DNA of 64,000 nucleotides from Chiloscyllium plagiosum (taxonomy: Eukaryota), in NCBI RefSeq assembly GCF_004010195.1, contig NC_057719.1, positions 27,525,458-27,589,457 on the forward strand, read 5' to 3'. Below are positions 49,401 to 62,644 of this stretch, piece by piece; position 1 is the stretch's first letter, and the number at the start of each line of letters is the position of its first letter. The translations under genes and the position numbers were made by a program. A model generated the notes under the pieces. It had not been told where the DNA came from. It did no database searches and saw nothing but the letters and a program-made list of their open reading frames with translations.

Positions 49401-52400
49401 GCGAGCAGGATTCATTCATAGATGTGTTCTTCAGAATTTTGTTTCTTGCAGTTTTGTTGCAAACTCTTAACAATATAGTCTTGGATAATAACTTAGTGAG
49501 ATCCAATTCCTCATGCAGTCTCAACTGGCACATACAAGTGGCTTATTTAAAAAAGAAAGGGCCTATATCTTATGATTTTTAGTTAATTGTCTGTTTCGTC
49601 AAGTTTCATTGTGGGTCCCTCTCCACAAGGCCTCTTTGCGTATGTTACCAAACCTGCCTCATTAACTACCTATCTGGTCCCTATGGCATCCCTTTCATCC
49701 AATTCCAGGCCCATTCTATCACTTGCTGTACCCAGAACAATGCACCTCTATCAAGATATCCTGGAATTGACTGGCATCACTACCCCAGGTCATCTTTGGA
49801 CGAAATGTGAGGTGAACTTGCCTGGTACCTATCCTGACTTCCACATCAAGAATTCACTCCTGTGGGTGGGAGGATAGGAAGCTGAATCTAATGAAGTGAG
49901 ATTTGCAGTCAATAAGGTTATTAACAGCAATAATTCCCCTTAATAGGCAACTTGCAGCTATCTCTTCAGAATTTTGCCTCAATGCTTAGAACTTCATTAA
50001 ATGATGCTGAAAGTTGCTCCCAATGATGAGATAGGCCTTGCTGGACTTCTTCCACTGTTCTCTCACATTTCTCACTACAGCCCATGTCATTCAGACCCCA
50101 AGAAACTGTTAAATAAATCAGTTTCCAAGTTATTTATGAATCGTATTTGATGTTAAAGCAGGCCTTTTGAAGAGAACTGCAGAGTTGATCTAATGGATAA
50201 AGGGTCACTTCTTGCAGCATTTATATCCTATAAAACATAAGACTTGGATGATTTGAGAACCTTTTACAAATATCAACAGGTCCCAATTCTGGGATCTCAG
50301 TCCCATGCTTTCCTGTTTTCAGAAGTGCAATCAAAGGATGTAGTTTAATTTGGATTATAAACCTTCACACAGTTCTCCAATCTAACCAGCAGATAAGAAC
50401 ATCCAACTCCTTTGCAAATCTCACAAAGTCAGACCAGCATTTTAGAGATTCCTGGCTCACGGTATCTCAGAGGTGTTAGAACCATTGTGTGCACGAGGGA
50501 ATCTCATGAAAGGCAAAGTTCACTTCATGGTCCCAGGCCAAGCTAAACACCTCCACCCAGCTCGATGTTGCTTCAATGTCCAATGTCCACCTGAGTGACG
50601 GATGTCTAGGCCACATTTATAGAGTGGAACCATGCAGAGGACATAAATAACACCAATAGTTTTTGAAATATTTCCTGTTGAACACAAAGCCTAAATCAAA
50701 TTGAATGCACATTTGGCCTCCTCGTTTAATCTAATAGTTTTTAAACTACACATTTATCTCTGCCTCATGAGACAGCAATTCTTACCAAACCCTGATCTTG
50801 TTTTTCCTGCTCATTAGTTTTCATACAACTAACATTCTCTTGTAATGAATCCCTATTAGTTTCCTGCAACTGTTCCTTTGAATTGATTTATTCCTCTCTT
50901 ATTCCTCTCATGCTGCTCTCAGCAAAAACCAAGACCCTTTTCAGCTTTAGAGAATACAATGAGTTCACAACATCCTTAGTAATCCTGTCTTGAAATTCCT
51001 GTCATTTCCTCTGTAACCCAAGTGACCAGGCTTTCAATTATACAGTAAATGACAATGATTTGTTTACTGGTACACCTGTTGTTTCATGCACCTGCAAATA
51101 TCCCATTTTTAATCAATTTTATTCTAGATATAAAAGCATTAGGAAGTCCAGATGGCAATAGCCTGCATTTGGTCTGCTATGCCTTGGAACACGAGTTTGC
51201 ATGGACACAATTAGAAAACTAAAACCTCATTGGGAAATTCGTCAAAGACATTGCAGCAATGTCTTTGGCAACGTTACATGAAATCAAAACTCTGCATGTA
51301 CTTGGCCAATGCAAACAAAAACAATCACAAAAGGATTCATAGACATTGACAGTTTCAAAGGAGGTCATTCAGGCCATCATGTCTGCACCAAAGATCTGAC
51401 TAAACTAATCCCATTTTCTGAGTCTTGGCCAATAGCCTGGGAGGTTACTGCATCACAAATGAATATCTAAATGCTCCTTAAATGTTCAGAGTTTCTGACT
51501 CAACTTTTGTCTTGGGAGGGTGGAGCTGAGCAATGTTGAGATTGTGGCAGGGTCAAAGAATTTAAATTATTTGCGGACCATTGAGGTCCCATAACATTGT
51601 TACCTTCTGACAAATTTTAATTTAAAACATGCCTTTGAGGGAAAATGAAAACAACTGTCAAAATCTGTGCTGGTGAATATGTGACAACTAATTTTCTTTC
51701 TCAGCAGCAAAAGCAAATTTGAATTCAAAATAATTATTTATCCGTAATAATGGCTTCCGTGTTATAGTTGGAGTTTAACACGTAAACTCCAGTCAGTGTC
51801 TGAAGTACGGCATTCCACTTCAGATATTGAAGTTAACAACTTATGTCTAGACTTCTTTCCTTTGTTGATTTCTTTCCTTTACTGTAGTTTCAATTTCTTA
51901 TTTGAGATGGTATTTCATGCCTTTCTACCTGATTCTTTCTTTATTTTACTGTTTTGGGACTTTTGTTTCTCAGTTTGGTCTTCCTATCCCAATTTTAATT
52001 CATTTCAATCAATTCTTAAGCCCTGAAATGTTACCACCATTTCCCAAGTCTTTCATTTTGTTGCACTCTAATTTATTTCTAAGTTTCCCAGTATTATCTA
52101 GCTGGTTTCAATTCCTTTACCAGCAGTATTTCAATTCCGTGAGCATTTCCTGAGACAATAATCCCCAGGTTTCTTCAAGTGCCATTTATCTGCTCACTTG
52201 AAAACGTGAAATGTGAAAGTGATGCACCAATCCATTGCCAAATCAGATAAAACTAAAATATTTACATGTTAAAGACATCCATTAAATGTATGAATTTTTC
52301 AGAAAGGCCTCAGTCTGAAAGAAACTCGTCATCATCATTCAGAAGTGCAGTCACTTCCAAGTGGTCTTTCTGATTTTGCCCTGTAGTTCTGGCCACGGAA

Positions 52401-52439
52401 CTTTGTTTGGTACCTTCAATCCTAACGAAGAATATCAGA

Positions 52440-52900
52440 AGATAGCCTCTGAAAAGGGGCAGGGAGAGGATAAAATGGATACAAGATTGGTTTAGTGACA
52501 GGAAGCAAAGTGTAACGTTCAGCAAGTGTTTTTTTGTGACTGCAAGGCTGTTTCCATGGAATTCTGCACGGTTCTATATTGGGTTCCCCACTTCTTATAG
52601 TATATTTCAATAATTTGAAGTCAAGTGCAGGAGACACAATTAAGAGGTTTGCAAATGATTCAAAAATTGGCTGCGATGAGAAAGAAAATTGCTGACTACA
52701 AGAAAATGTGAGCAAAGAAGTGGCAAATGCACTTCAATCCAGAGAACAGTGAGGGAGAGTACATTTGTGGAAGGAAATCAAGGGATACAAGGAATACAAT
52801 CTAAATAGTACAAACTATGGAGGAATAGATGTTCTTAGTTAGCAATTTTATACTATTTAGAATGCATTCCCTGAAGGCAGAAGATAGCAGGACAAGTGAA
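52440..52900 (+). mobile_element. Old CR1 RT fragment
   Basis: tggatacaagattggtttagtgacaggaagcaaagtgta...ggttctatattggg...tttgcaaatgattcaaaaattgg (WI--WL--RKQ, QGS-LG, FADD remnants). Confidence 0.6.
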
Positions 52901-53691
52901 TTTTCATGAGCATGGTCTCCAACTTAGCCAATTCCACAAGTTCTCGTCTGAACATGGCACCCAGCATTTTTGCCAGTGGGGAATGAGGGAATGTAAACGT
53001 GTGCCTGCCTTCAGTCAAATCCAATTTTCATCACCCCAGCTTTCTGAAATATGCCTCATGGCCTTTATACTTTTCAGAGATAGCTCCATTTGTGGAGTTC
53101 TTTCAAGTGGTAATGGATGCTTTAGGATGGGTCCAGGAATGTTTTTGGATGAGGTATTTAAGAAAGAATAATCACTTGATATATCACCCCATCTGTTGAT
53201 ATAAGTGTGAGCTAATACAGTTAGTGCTGTGACTCATTTCACAGCCTCTCTTTATCAGTGGGGTGTCTGTCAGTTCACGATTTGATTGAAAGCTCCAAGT
53301 CAATCATTATCTTTGCTGTGGAACTACTAATACAAATGCTTATCCTTAATCCTCAATTCTCTTCCTCTACATCACCTCCAGAATGACATTCAATAAGCAT
53401 GAGACATCAAATAGTGCCAGTTTCCTCTCCATCATATCAATTTTCTGGTCTTCATATCAGCAGGATTAAAGTGTACCTCTCTACATCTCTTGACAGTAGA
53501 CAGTCTTTATCATCCATCTGTTAGGTTTACCAAACATACTGAGCCCTATAGCATCAATTTATTTTGACTCACTATTAACAACTGGTCATAGGCAATCACC
53601 CTATCAATGAGTCCCACTATGCTGAGCTCCTAACACCTAGACAAATAGGGGCAAAGGGCTCATTCAGATTCATAAATCTGAGCTCTCAAAA

Positions 53692-53992
53692 GGGTGGCAC
53701 GGTGGCTAGCATTGCAGCCTCACAACGCCAGGGACCCAGGTTCGATTCCAGCCTCGGGCAACTGTCTGTGTGGAGTTTGCACATTCTCCCAGTGTCTGTG
53801 TGGGTTTCCTCCAGGTGCTCCGGTTTCCTCCCACAATCCAAAGATGTGTAGATCAGGTGGATTGGCCATGCTAAATTGCCTATAGTGCTTTGTGCATTAG
53901 TCAGAGGGATGTGGGTGGGTTGGTCTTCGGAGAGGCGGTGTGGACTTGTTGGGCCAAAGGACCTGTTTCCACACCGTAGGGAATCTAATCTT
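53692..53992 (+). mobile_element. HE1 SINE, full length
   Basis: gggtggcacggtggctagcattgcagcctcacaacgccagggacccaggttcgattccagcctcgggcaactgtctgtgtggagtttgcacattctcccc...gaatctaatct. Confidence 0.92.
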
Positions 53993-55845
53993 AAAAAAAA
54001 ATCAGACCAAGCTAACAGATTTGAACAAACCAGACGCTTACATTGTCCATTAAGATTTCAACCCACTAAACATAGATATTATGAGGCAACAGCACAGCTT
54101 TCAGAAATCTGATCCTTATACGTTCACTCACTGTGATTCCATTGATTAATTTCCCTTTAGAACTTGCAGTACCTGAATGTGTTTTCCATTGTAAAAAGTC
54201 AATGAAAAAATTAAGCATCATTAAAGTTCAGCACACAAATGTAATTCGCAAAAGGGAGGCAACATTTGCATCCAGAAAACATAAGTGGAAACGGACTACG
54301 GACAATAAAGCATGGATTAGCTGCACTGTATTAACAGAGAAACCCAGCAAAAACTTCAGGATAATCTGATTTCCAGTAACTTTTTGTTTGAAAGTGCCAA
54401 CTCTTAGAAATAATAGAGGGGAGAAATAACATTTTTTAAAGAACCAAATAGCGTATTAGTTGGACAAAACAAAGATGACAAAACTAGATTGGATTTTCTA
54501 ATTGGTATTATTCTAATGTGAGCAGGTAGCCCATTTAAAATTGACTTTAAAGTAATGTTGAATGGATATGAAGGGTCCAGACGCAGTAGAACCTTATTAC
54601 TTGTGCAAGAAAGTGAGCCGTTGACTCAGTTGTGCCAATTCTGCTACAGAACTGAAATATGAAGGGCTTTAATATTTTTATAACTCCACTGCAAATATCG
54701 ACTAGAATGTTAGGTAAAATTGGTCCCATCCAATCATACAAAGGGAGTTGAGGGAATTGGTGTCAACGGGAAAAATAAATCAGCCACAGTATGAAAAGGG
54801 AGGACCATTTGCTACAAGGCCATTCTGCTCTTACTATCATCCTCTCTAAATAATGATGCGCAATGGAGATATTTTTACAATATGAATATCACATAGAACA
54901 TAAATGGTAGGTTGGGTTCTTTGGCCTTGGATACAGCCGACAGAGGAGAAGGTGTTTCTAAGATATAAAAAAAAGTTGAAAAAGTCAATGGGAAATCACT
55001 TTAGCCACTCTTGACTATAAAGTAGCTCAAGAATCTTATGTGGGTGGGACGTGAGTTAGGAATTGTCCTGGTGGACTATACAATGGACTGATCAACCTAC
55101 ATACTGTTATGGAAGGGTTAATGTGTGGTGGGAATCAGTGAAATCATTATGGGTCTGAAATTTTATGTACAATGTGGATGTTATGGATCAGAGTATAAAA
55201 CTTTGCAGTCCTTGTTTCTTGTCCACCACCCAAAGCTTTTACAACTTCCATTAGCACTTCTAACTTAAAAAGAACATCTATACCCAAATTCAAATCCAGC
55301 TAAAAAGCAACTCATCTTTGTGTTTAATATTTTGGATTTGTTTGCTCTGGGCTTTATCAGACCAGTCTTCCTCCTTGATCCTAATGCAGGAAACATTAGG
55401 GAGCTGTAATATTAAAATCTGTTGGCAGGTGCTAATGGAACGGAGGATGTGTGACAGGTACTTTCTATCTGTGTTAAGAAGCCCTATGATCATAATTGAA
55501 TGTGTTTTTCTTAACTATTTATAAAACCTAGTCAGACTGGGCAAATATTTTAGATACAGAAATTGAAAAATTTTGGGGCGATGGACAAGAAACAAGGATT
55601 GCGAAATTTCATATTTTTAATCCATAACTTTCACATCCCACGTAAACTTTCACACTCTTAATGATTTCACCAGCTCCCAATACAGCTAAACAGCATTCAG
55701 ATTTAAAGTATTCTCATTACAACTCATTAGCTTTCACTTCACCACACTTACAATTTAATGTTAATTATATTTTAAACACCTAACCAAGATTAAAATCTGT
55801 ACAAAGTAATATCCAATTCTGTACAATCTGACTGAAAAAGGAGGA

Positions 55846-56220
55846 GCTGGTGTCACAGTGGCGATGTTATTGGACTGGGAATCCAAAAGGTCCAAAATAA
55901 TGGTTTGAGGACATGAGTTCAAATTCCACTATGGCTGCTGGTGCAATTTAACTTTCAGTTACTAAAGCTGGAGTTAAAAGCTAGTCACAGGAATGGTGAC
56001 CATGTACCAATTGTTATGAAAACCCGCCTTGACCATAACTATCTTTTCGGAAACGTAAATGGGAAATTTCCTTAGGCTGTCCTTACCTAGCCTACGTGAC
56101 CCATGGCAATGCCCTCGAAAATAATAAGCAAGCCACTTAGGCTGAGGGCAATTAAAGATAGGTAGCAAACATTGAGTTTGCCAGTAACACCAAAATTCCA
56201 AGAAAGAATAAAAGAAAAAA
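55846..56220 (+). mobile_element. tRNA-headed SINE sharing its 3' tail with the second LINE family (other copies about 12160-12400 -, 23980-24160 -, 61545-62010 +)
   Basis: Head gtcacagtggcgatgttattggactgggaatcc...gagttcaaattccactatggc; tail gggcaattaaagataggtagcaaacattg...gccagtaacacc plus A-rich end. The reverse complement of the tail resembles 36915-36990. Confidence 0.6.
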
Positions 56221-56374
56221 CTTCTTAAAAACCTTGTATCATCCCAAACATTGACTCAAACATGAGTGAAGATGACACCCCAGGACCTCAGTATGAACTG
56301 ATAAGTGATGTAAAGATGGACAAAAGTGCAAGTTATCTCCATACTTATTGGGGAGCTTTTCCTTTACATCTTAC

Positions 56375-57005
56375 CTGCCTGAAACTTCACATCAGTTTCA
56401 TTATAATCTGCTTCACACTTCACATTGGCATAGTTATGATCAGATCCGACTTCAGGATTGAGGTTTTCTGCTTCTTCTTCTGGAATAGCAGTCAGATAAT
56501 TCAGGCGCTCGTTGTCATAAAAATCGGCACTGCTATACATACTGGCCTTTACAACAGTTACATCTGTTGAATCTATCCCATTGTATGAAATTGAAGTGAC
56601 TTGTCCCATGTCTTCACCTTGAAAATCATATGCATCTGGCTGAAGTCTATCAATTGCACTTGCGTTATCGTGCAATCCCATTTCAGCAGCTTGGTATTCT
56701 GAAGATTCCAACCCTGTGACAGTTTCAGGCTGTAGATCAATTTCTGCGCCCGGGGAACCATCATCAGAGGCTAAAACGGAGTCAGTTTTCAGGGTTCGGT
56801 CTTGTTCCTGATCCTCTGGCCCTGCATTTGTTGAGGGATTTGAAACCACAGAGTTTGACGTTTGAGTGGATGCACCTTGACGAAGATTTAGAAAGCTGTT
56901 GGAAATGGAACTCCCAGCTTGTTGGAATGATTCAGATATCTGCGACATCCAATCGGAGAAGGACTGCGTGAATGGACCCTTCCTCAGAAGTTCTTCAGAA
57001 GCCAT
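56375..57005 (-). CDS. syt16: Synaptotagmin-16, coding exon 1 (631 nt; acidic N-terminal region, no TM helix)
   Basis: ORF MASEELLRKGPFTQSFSDWMSQISESFQQAGSSISNSFLNL... resembles the mammalian SYT16 N-terminus (MASQDVQNFFQPFSSWISRVYEALQQAG), and LTAIPEEE resembles LSSIAEEE. Kozak context gtcATGg with upstream in-frame stops. Donor CAG GCA G|gtaaga at 56375/56374 (phase 1). Likely 5'UTR acceptor ttctgtag| at 57086. Confidence 0.88.
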
Positions 57006-57051
57006 GACTAATTGATTGCAGAATGCTTGATTGTGTAAAGATCCAGACGTT

Positions 57052-57066
57052 TTAATCTGTCAACAT
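57052..57066 (-). promoter_or_regulatory. Short upstream ORF (ATG TTG ACA GAT TAA; MLTD*) in the putative 5'UTR part of syt16 coding exon 1
   Basis: Read directly on the minus strand between the predicted acceptor (57086) and the main ATG (57005). Out of frame with the CDS. Confidence 0.45.
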
Positions 57067-57276
57067 GCCAGTTACTTTGTTCTGAGCTACAGAATGAGGA
57101 TTATAATCAATTAAAATCATTCACTTCCAGGAAGCAGCCACTGACACTGCAAGTGGCAAAAGACATTGTGACAGAGCACTAGACCAAGGGAAAAACAAGC
57201 CAATCCACAGTCAAAGAAACATATACAAAAAATGAGGAGTTACTCATCTCTTAAGATCTATCTAGGTAAGATAGAA

Positions 57277-57908
57277 TAGAGTTCAATGCAGCTAAATGTG
57301 AGGTGATGCACTTTGGGGAGAATAACAGGAATGCAGAGAACTGGGTCAATGGAAAGATTCTTGGCAGTGTGGATGTGCAGAGGGATCTTGGAGTCCATGC
57401 ACATCGATCCCTGAAAGTTGTCACCCAGGTGGATAGTACTGTTAAGAAGGCATACGGTGTGTTAGGTTTCAGTCGTAGAGGGATTGAGTTCCGGAGCCGC
57501 AATATCATGCTGCAACTATATATAATGCTAGTGCGGCCACACTTGGAATATTGTGTACAGTCCTGGTCGCCATATTTCGGGAAGGATGTGGAAGCATTGG
57601 AAAAGGTGCAGAGGAGATTTACCAGGATGTTGCCTGGTCTGAAGGGAAGGTCTTATGAGAAAGGCTGAGAGACTTGAACCTGTTCTCATTGGCAAGAAGA
57701 AGGCTAAGAGGGGATTTGATAGAGACATAGAAGATGATCAGAGGATTAGATCGGGTAGACAGTGAAAGTCCTTTTCCTAGGATGATGACGTCAGCACATG
57801 GATGATGATGGGATAGTGTAGGGGGGCGAGCTGAGAATAGTTCACAGGTTGGCGCAACATCCAGGGCTGAAGGGCCTGTTCTGCGCTGTATTGTTTTATG
57901 CTCTATGT
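57277..57908 (+). mobile_element. CR1 LINE 3' part, same subfamily as the nested copy at 7076-7960, with an internal deletion near 57795
   Basis: Near-identical blocks (cgcaatatcatgctgcaactata, ccatatttcgggaaggatgtggaagcattggaaaagg, gagctgagaatagttcacagg) in both copies. Confidence 0.9.
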
Positions 57909-58400
57909 ATTAATTTTGGAAAGTTGCTTTCCAGAATTCACACATTATTTATGAAAGAGAAAGTAGCAGGATGTTCTGGAAAGTTGACTAAAATATGAAT
58001 TCGATAGCATTGATTTCATTTACAATCTTAAACAATCACAAGAAATGGAACATAAAAGTGAACGTGGTCTTAATTCCAGAGGACTGTGGGCTCCTATCTC
58101 ATTAGAGAGATAACTAATAGTGAGTTTAATTTAAGGATTAAGAAGATGGGAAATTCAGGGTGACCTCTGCCAGTGAGTGGGGGGTTGAATCTGCAGTGTT
58201 CATATCATTCTGTATTGCTAACCAGCTATCTAGCCAAGCAAGCTGTCTGAGCAACAAAGCAACTTGATATCCTTTTCCTCACTATTTATGGCGACACCTA
58301 CATTCAGAATTTTACTGATACAACATTATTAGAGTACAGCTCTCTCTCCTTCATGAAATTGCTGCTCAGAACACAACTCCTTGACTAAGCATTTGGCCAC

Positions 58401-58726
58401 TACTTAGATTACTTAGATTCCCTACAGTGTGGAAACAGGCCCTTCGGCCCAACAAGTCCACACCGACCCTCCGAAGCCCAACCCACCCAGACCCATTCCC
58501 CTACATTTACCTCTTCACCTAAGACTAGGGACAATTTAGCATGCCCAATTCACCTAACCTGCACAATTTTGGACTGTGGAAGGAAACCGGAGCACCCGGA
58601 GGAAACCCACACAAACACGGGGAGAATGTGCAAACTCCACACAGACAGTCACCTGAGGCGGGAAATGAACCCGGGTCTCTGGCGTTGTGAGGCAGCAGTG
58701 CTAACCACTGTGCCAACGTGCCGCCC
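58401..58726 (-). mobile_element. HE1 SINE, full length, young
   Basis: Minus strand gggcggcacgttggcacagtggttagcactgctgcctcacaacgccagagacccgggttc...; tail (tctaagtaa)n. Confidence 0.93.
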
Positions 58727-58727
58727 A

Positions 58728-59550
58728 CAATATCTTTCCCCTTTCACCCTAAACCTATGCCCTCTAGATCTGGACTCCCCCACCTCAGGGAAAAGACTTT
58801 GTCTATTTATCCTATTCATGCCTCTCATAATTTTGTAAATCTCTATAAGGTCACCCCTCAGCCTCCGACGCTCCAGGGAAAACAGCCCCAGCCAGTTCAG
58901 CCTCTCCCTGTAGCTCAAATCCTCCAACCCTGACAACATCCTTGTAAATCTTTTCTGAACCCTTTCAAGTTTCACAACATCTTTCCGATAGGAAGGAGAC
59001 CAGAATTGCACGCAATATTCCAACAGTGGCCTAACCAATGTCCTGTACAGCCGCAACATGACCTCCCAACTCCTGTACTCAATCCTCTGACCAATAAAGG
59101 AAAGCATACCAAAGGCCTTCTTCACAATCCTACCTACCTGCAACTCTATTTTCAAGCAGTTATGAACCTGCATTCCAAGGTCTCTTTGTTCAGCAACACT
59201 CCCTAGGACCTTACCATTAACTGTATAAGCCCTGCTAAGGTTTGCTTTCCCAAAATGCAGCACCTCACATTTATCGAAATTAAACTCCATCTGCCACTTC
59301 TCAGCCCACTGGCCCAGCTGATCAAGATCCCGTTGTAATCTGAGGTAACCTTCTTCGCTGTCCACTACACTTCCAAATTTTGGTGTCATTAGCAAACTTA
59401 CAAACTATATCTCTTATTCTCACATCCAGACCATTTATATAAATGATGAAAAGTAGTGGATCCAGCAATGATTCTTGTGGCACTCTACTGGTCACAGGCC
59501 TCCAGCCTGAAAAACAACCCTCCACCACCAACCTCTGTCTTCTACTTTCA
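58728..59550 (-). mobile_element. CR1 LINE fragment whose 3' end is replaced by the HE1 SINE
   Basis: ORF 58649-59395: VVDSEEGYLRLQRDLDQLGQWAEKWQMEFN...RGHRFRVKGERY, then reads straight into the SINE head. Confidence 0.9.
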
Positions 59551-61723
59551 ATGGGATCAAGGTAAAACATTCAAATAGTCAAAGTCATTCTTCAAAATTT
59601 GGCAAAGAAAAGGAAGTTGGCATCATTAGAAGTCAATTCTCCCAGATGCTGCATGAGCTCCTCAATAATCTGCCCTTCATCAATCCATCTTCATCAATAA
59701 CCTTCCATCCATCAGTGTTAGATGTAGGACTCAATGATGATTGGCTCCATGCCCACATGCAGAAAAGTCTGGACAACATCCAGCTTCAAATTGCAACTAA
59801 CAATTGGCCACACTGACTACTCCTAATAGTTTCCACAAAGCGGCCTGGGACCTTTCTAAGTTAGAGACTCAATACAAATCCCAGCTTTTTATTCCAAATA
59901 GTGAAAGGCAAGAATTAGAAACAATTCTGACTTTTAAATTCTCTACAGAGAGCTTGTCGAGTCCCAACAATGATATCCCAACAACTCTCTTGTTCTTTTT
60001 GCCCTTGTCTTTGTTTTTCTGCAGGTGTTGTCATTCTAGTTACAGCTCCACAGCTAGTGGTAATTCTCCAGCATCTCACAGCGACATGTGTGCTCCCTGT
60101 TAACTCAAATTCGGAACAGGACAAGCAGCAGATCCGACAATTATCCTCAGTCACATTTCATTTTCTTTACTTACATTATAAGACATCCAGAGAAGTGGCT
60201 GCAATTTCACAGTGACAGCCATGATGGAATATTGAGGTGTATAATCTCAAACCACTTTGTTGCCAGGTTTTTAACATACTAGGTGTCAAGGTCAGTGGCA
60301 GCCTCAGCAAAAGTTATGCACTTCCATAATTTTTTGAGCTATACCACCAAACCTGTTGGTTTTGTTATAGGTTACAATTCAATCCATTGTGTATTCCTGT
60401 ACACCCACTTTCCATGTAAAATTGTACCTACGGACTAGGAAAAATACATTTTAATTTTTGGAACTATTGCAATTCAAAATTACTTTTCATTGACAGGAAA
60501 TAATATAAATGAAATATATTCTGTACCAAACAACATCTAACAGCAGTAAGGAGCTTCATTCTTGGTCTCATTCTTGGCCTGTTGGTCTCACCAATTCTAC
60601 TACCCACAGTCAGGAGAGCACTCATACCACATTCCATAGGCCTCTGTCAGTCCCGGTCTAAAGTAGAAGTCAAAGATATGCATGAAATCAAACTCAATTG
60701 ACTGGCTCTCTCATTTTCCCTGCCCTTCCACTCAGAAAAGGAGTGCCCATCATTCTCCAACATTCTTTCTAATTGCAGTGCTAAGATCAGACATTCACCA
60801 CATGGGGAACAGCAAACCCAACCATCACTTATCTGCAGGGTCTCCCTGCACAATCCATTCCCCTGCACCTTTCAATTTACTGTGATGGCTGGATAGTATA
60901 AACTACAATAAACAACTACATCCAATGATGCATGATTGTACACAGAAAGAGGCCATTCTGCCTAACTGGTCCACTGACAAAATTTATGCTGTACGAATGC
61001 TAATACAGATCCTCGCAAACTTGGCCTTTCAACACAGCATAATAATTCTATCTTCTGGGTCATTATCACATTCCCTCTCAAATGTGTCCAACACTCACTT
61101 GGTCACAAGCCTCATAACTTAAGAAGAAAAAAGTTACTCCTGATATTGAACTAGTTTATGGTCTCCAATTGGGGTAACCCAACAAGTGGAAACATCTCCT
61201 CTATGTCAAAGTCCAAAGGCCACAGTCAAAACCATCTCTCCACCCTGTCTCTTTGTGAGAAGAGCCCCAGGCTGTCTATCTTTCTAGGTAAGTTTGAGCT
61301 TTCAGTTCTTATATCATTCAGGTAAATTACCTTTCCACCATCTTCAATGAGTTTATATTCTTGATACAAGGATATGGAATGCTTCACAGAAAGCCTGACA
61401 GCTTGGGGAGGAGATGATGGCAGGAATAATCCAACAGGCAGACATCCAGCCGCCATCCATCCCCAGAGCTGTCTGAACTACTGCAGAATGGTAGCCATGA
61501 CCTATAGTACGATTGCTTAACACTTAATCTATAAACCCCATGAAACATTCTGGGGACACGGGTTTAAATCCCACCATTGCAGATGGTGGAACTTGAATAC
61601 AGTAAACGATAAATCTGGAACTAAGAGTCTAATGGTGATCATGAAACTGTTGTCTATTGTTAAGAAAAGACATCTGATTTAGTAACATTCCTTAGGGAAG
61701 GAAGCTACCATCCTTACCTGGTC

Positions 61724-61881
61724 TGTGGAGTGATAGTAACCATAGTATGACCAGATTAACAGACCCAATCAGGAAGCCCTGGCTGACAGATAAGAACAAG
61801 AGTGTCAGACATCCTGCTCACTCATGAGTAAATAAAGAGTGACTTGGTGATGGGATACCAGCCTCCTTGGAGTTATTTTCG
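61724..61881 (+). mobile_element. Probable short solo LTR remnant (Gypsy-like) inserted in a SINE
   Basis: Starts TG; contains CCAAT, a gataagaa TATA-like box and AATAAA, and ends gtgacttggtgatgggataccagcctccttggagttatttt. Interrupts the host SINE between ccttacctggtct and catgtgactcc. Confidence 0.45.
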
Positions 61882-62644
61882 TATGATGTGCATGTGACTC
61901 CAAACCCATAGAAATGTGGTTGACTCTTAACTGCCTCTGAGCAACCTGGGATGGGTAATAAATGCTGCCTGAGATAGCTATACCCATATCCTGTGAATGA
62001 ATGAAAAAAAGCAAACAGGGTGAGGTGATGACAGCCCACAAGGCCTTGAGACCACTATAAGTGGCCATTTAATGCCTATTGAAGGCCTCCCACCCTGTCA
62101 CTTGTATTTTACCAGTGGCAGGGGAAGGCCTATGCCAGTGCTGGAAGCCACACAGTACCTGCTGTACAGGATCTTGTTAGACAAGAGGAGTGAGGAAGTC
62201 TGATTTTCAGTACCCTTAAGCCCATCAGAGGCACCTCTCCCCTGTAATAGTTATTCCCCAGTGTAGCCCTGCTGTTTGCTTCATTACCTTACTCTCTGTA
62301 CCTCCATTCACTGAGACCACAGAACCCAAGGCTTCTTGGAATGGTCGGACAGTCGGTAATTTCATTAAAATGATTCATTCTGCTCCCGGCGTTAAACTGC
62401 TGCTGGGCAAGCCATTATGATAATAGGTAGGCTTTCGCCCACAACGCTTCCTGAACAACAACGCCCCTTAAAATCCAACTTAATGTGAGCTCGAGGTATC
62501 AGAATCTGTTTACTGTAATTTCTATCCTTTCCATTTCTATTCCTCTCCAAATGGACAGAACTTTGTTTGCTTTTTTACAACTTTACTAACCTCCTTGGCT
62601 ACTTTCAGCAATTTTTGCTTCTCCAAATCCTTTCTCCCCAAATC

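Noticed and set aside
19594..57005. Calling the gene SYT14
   Set aside because: Diagnostic segments ([75 protein letters not shown]) and the TM-less N-terminus match SYT16.
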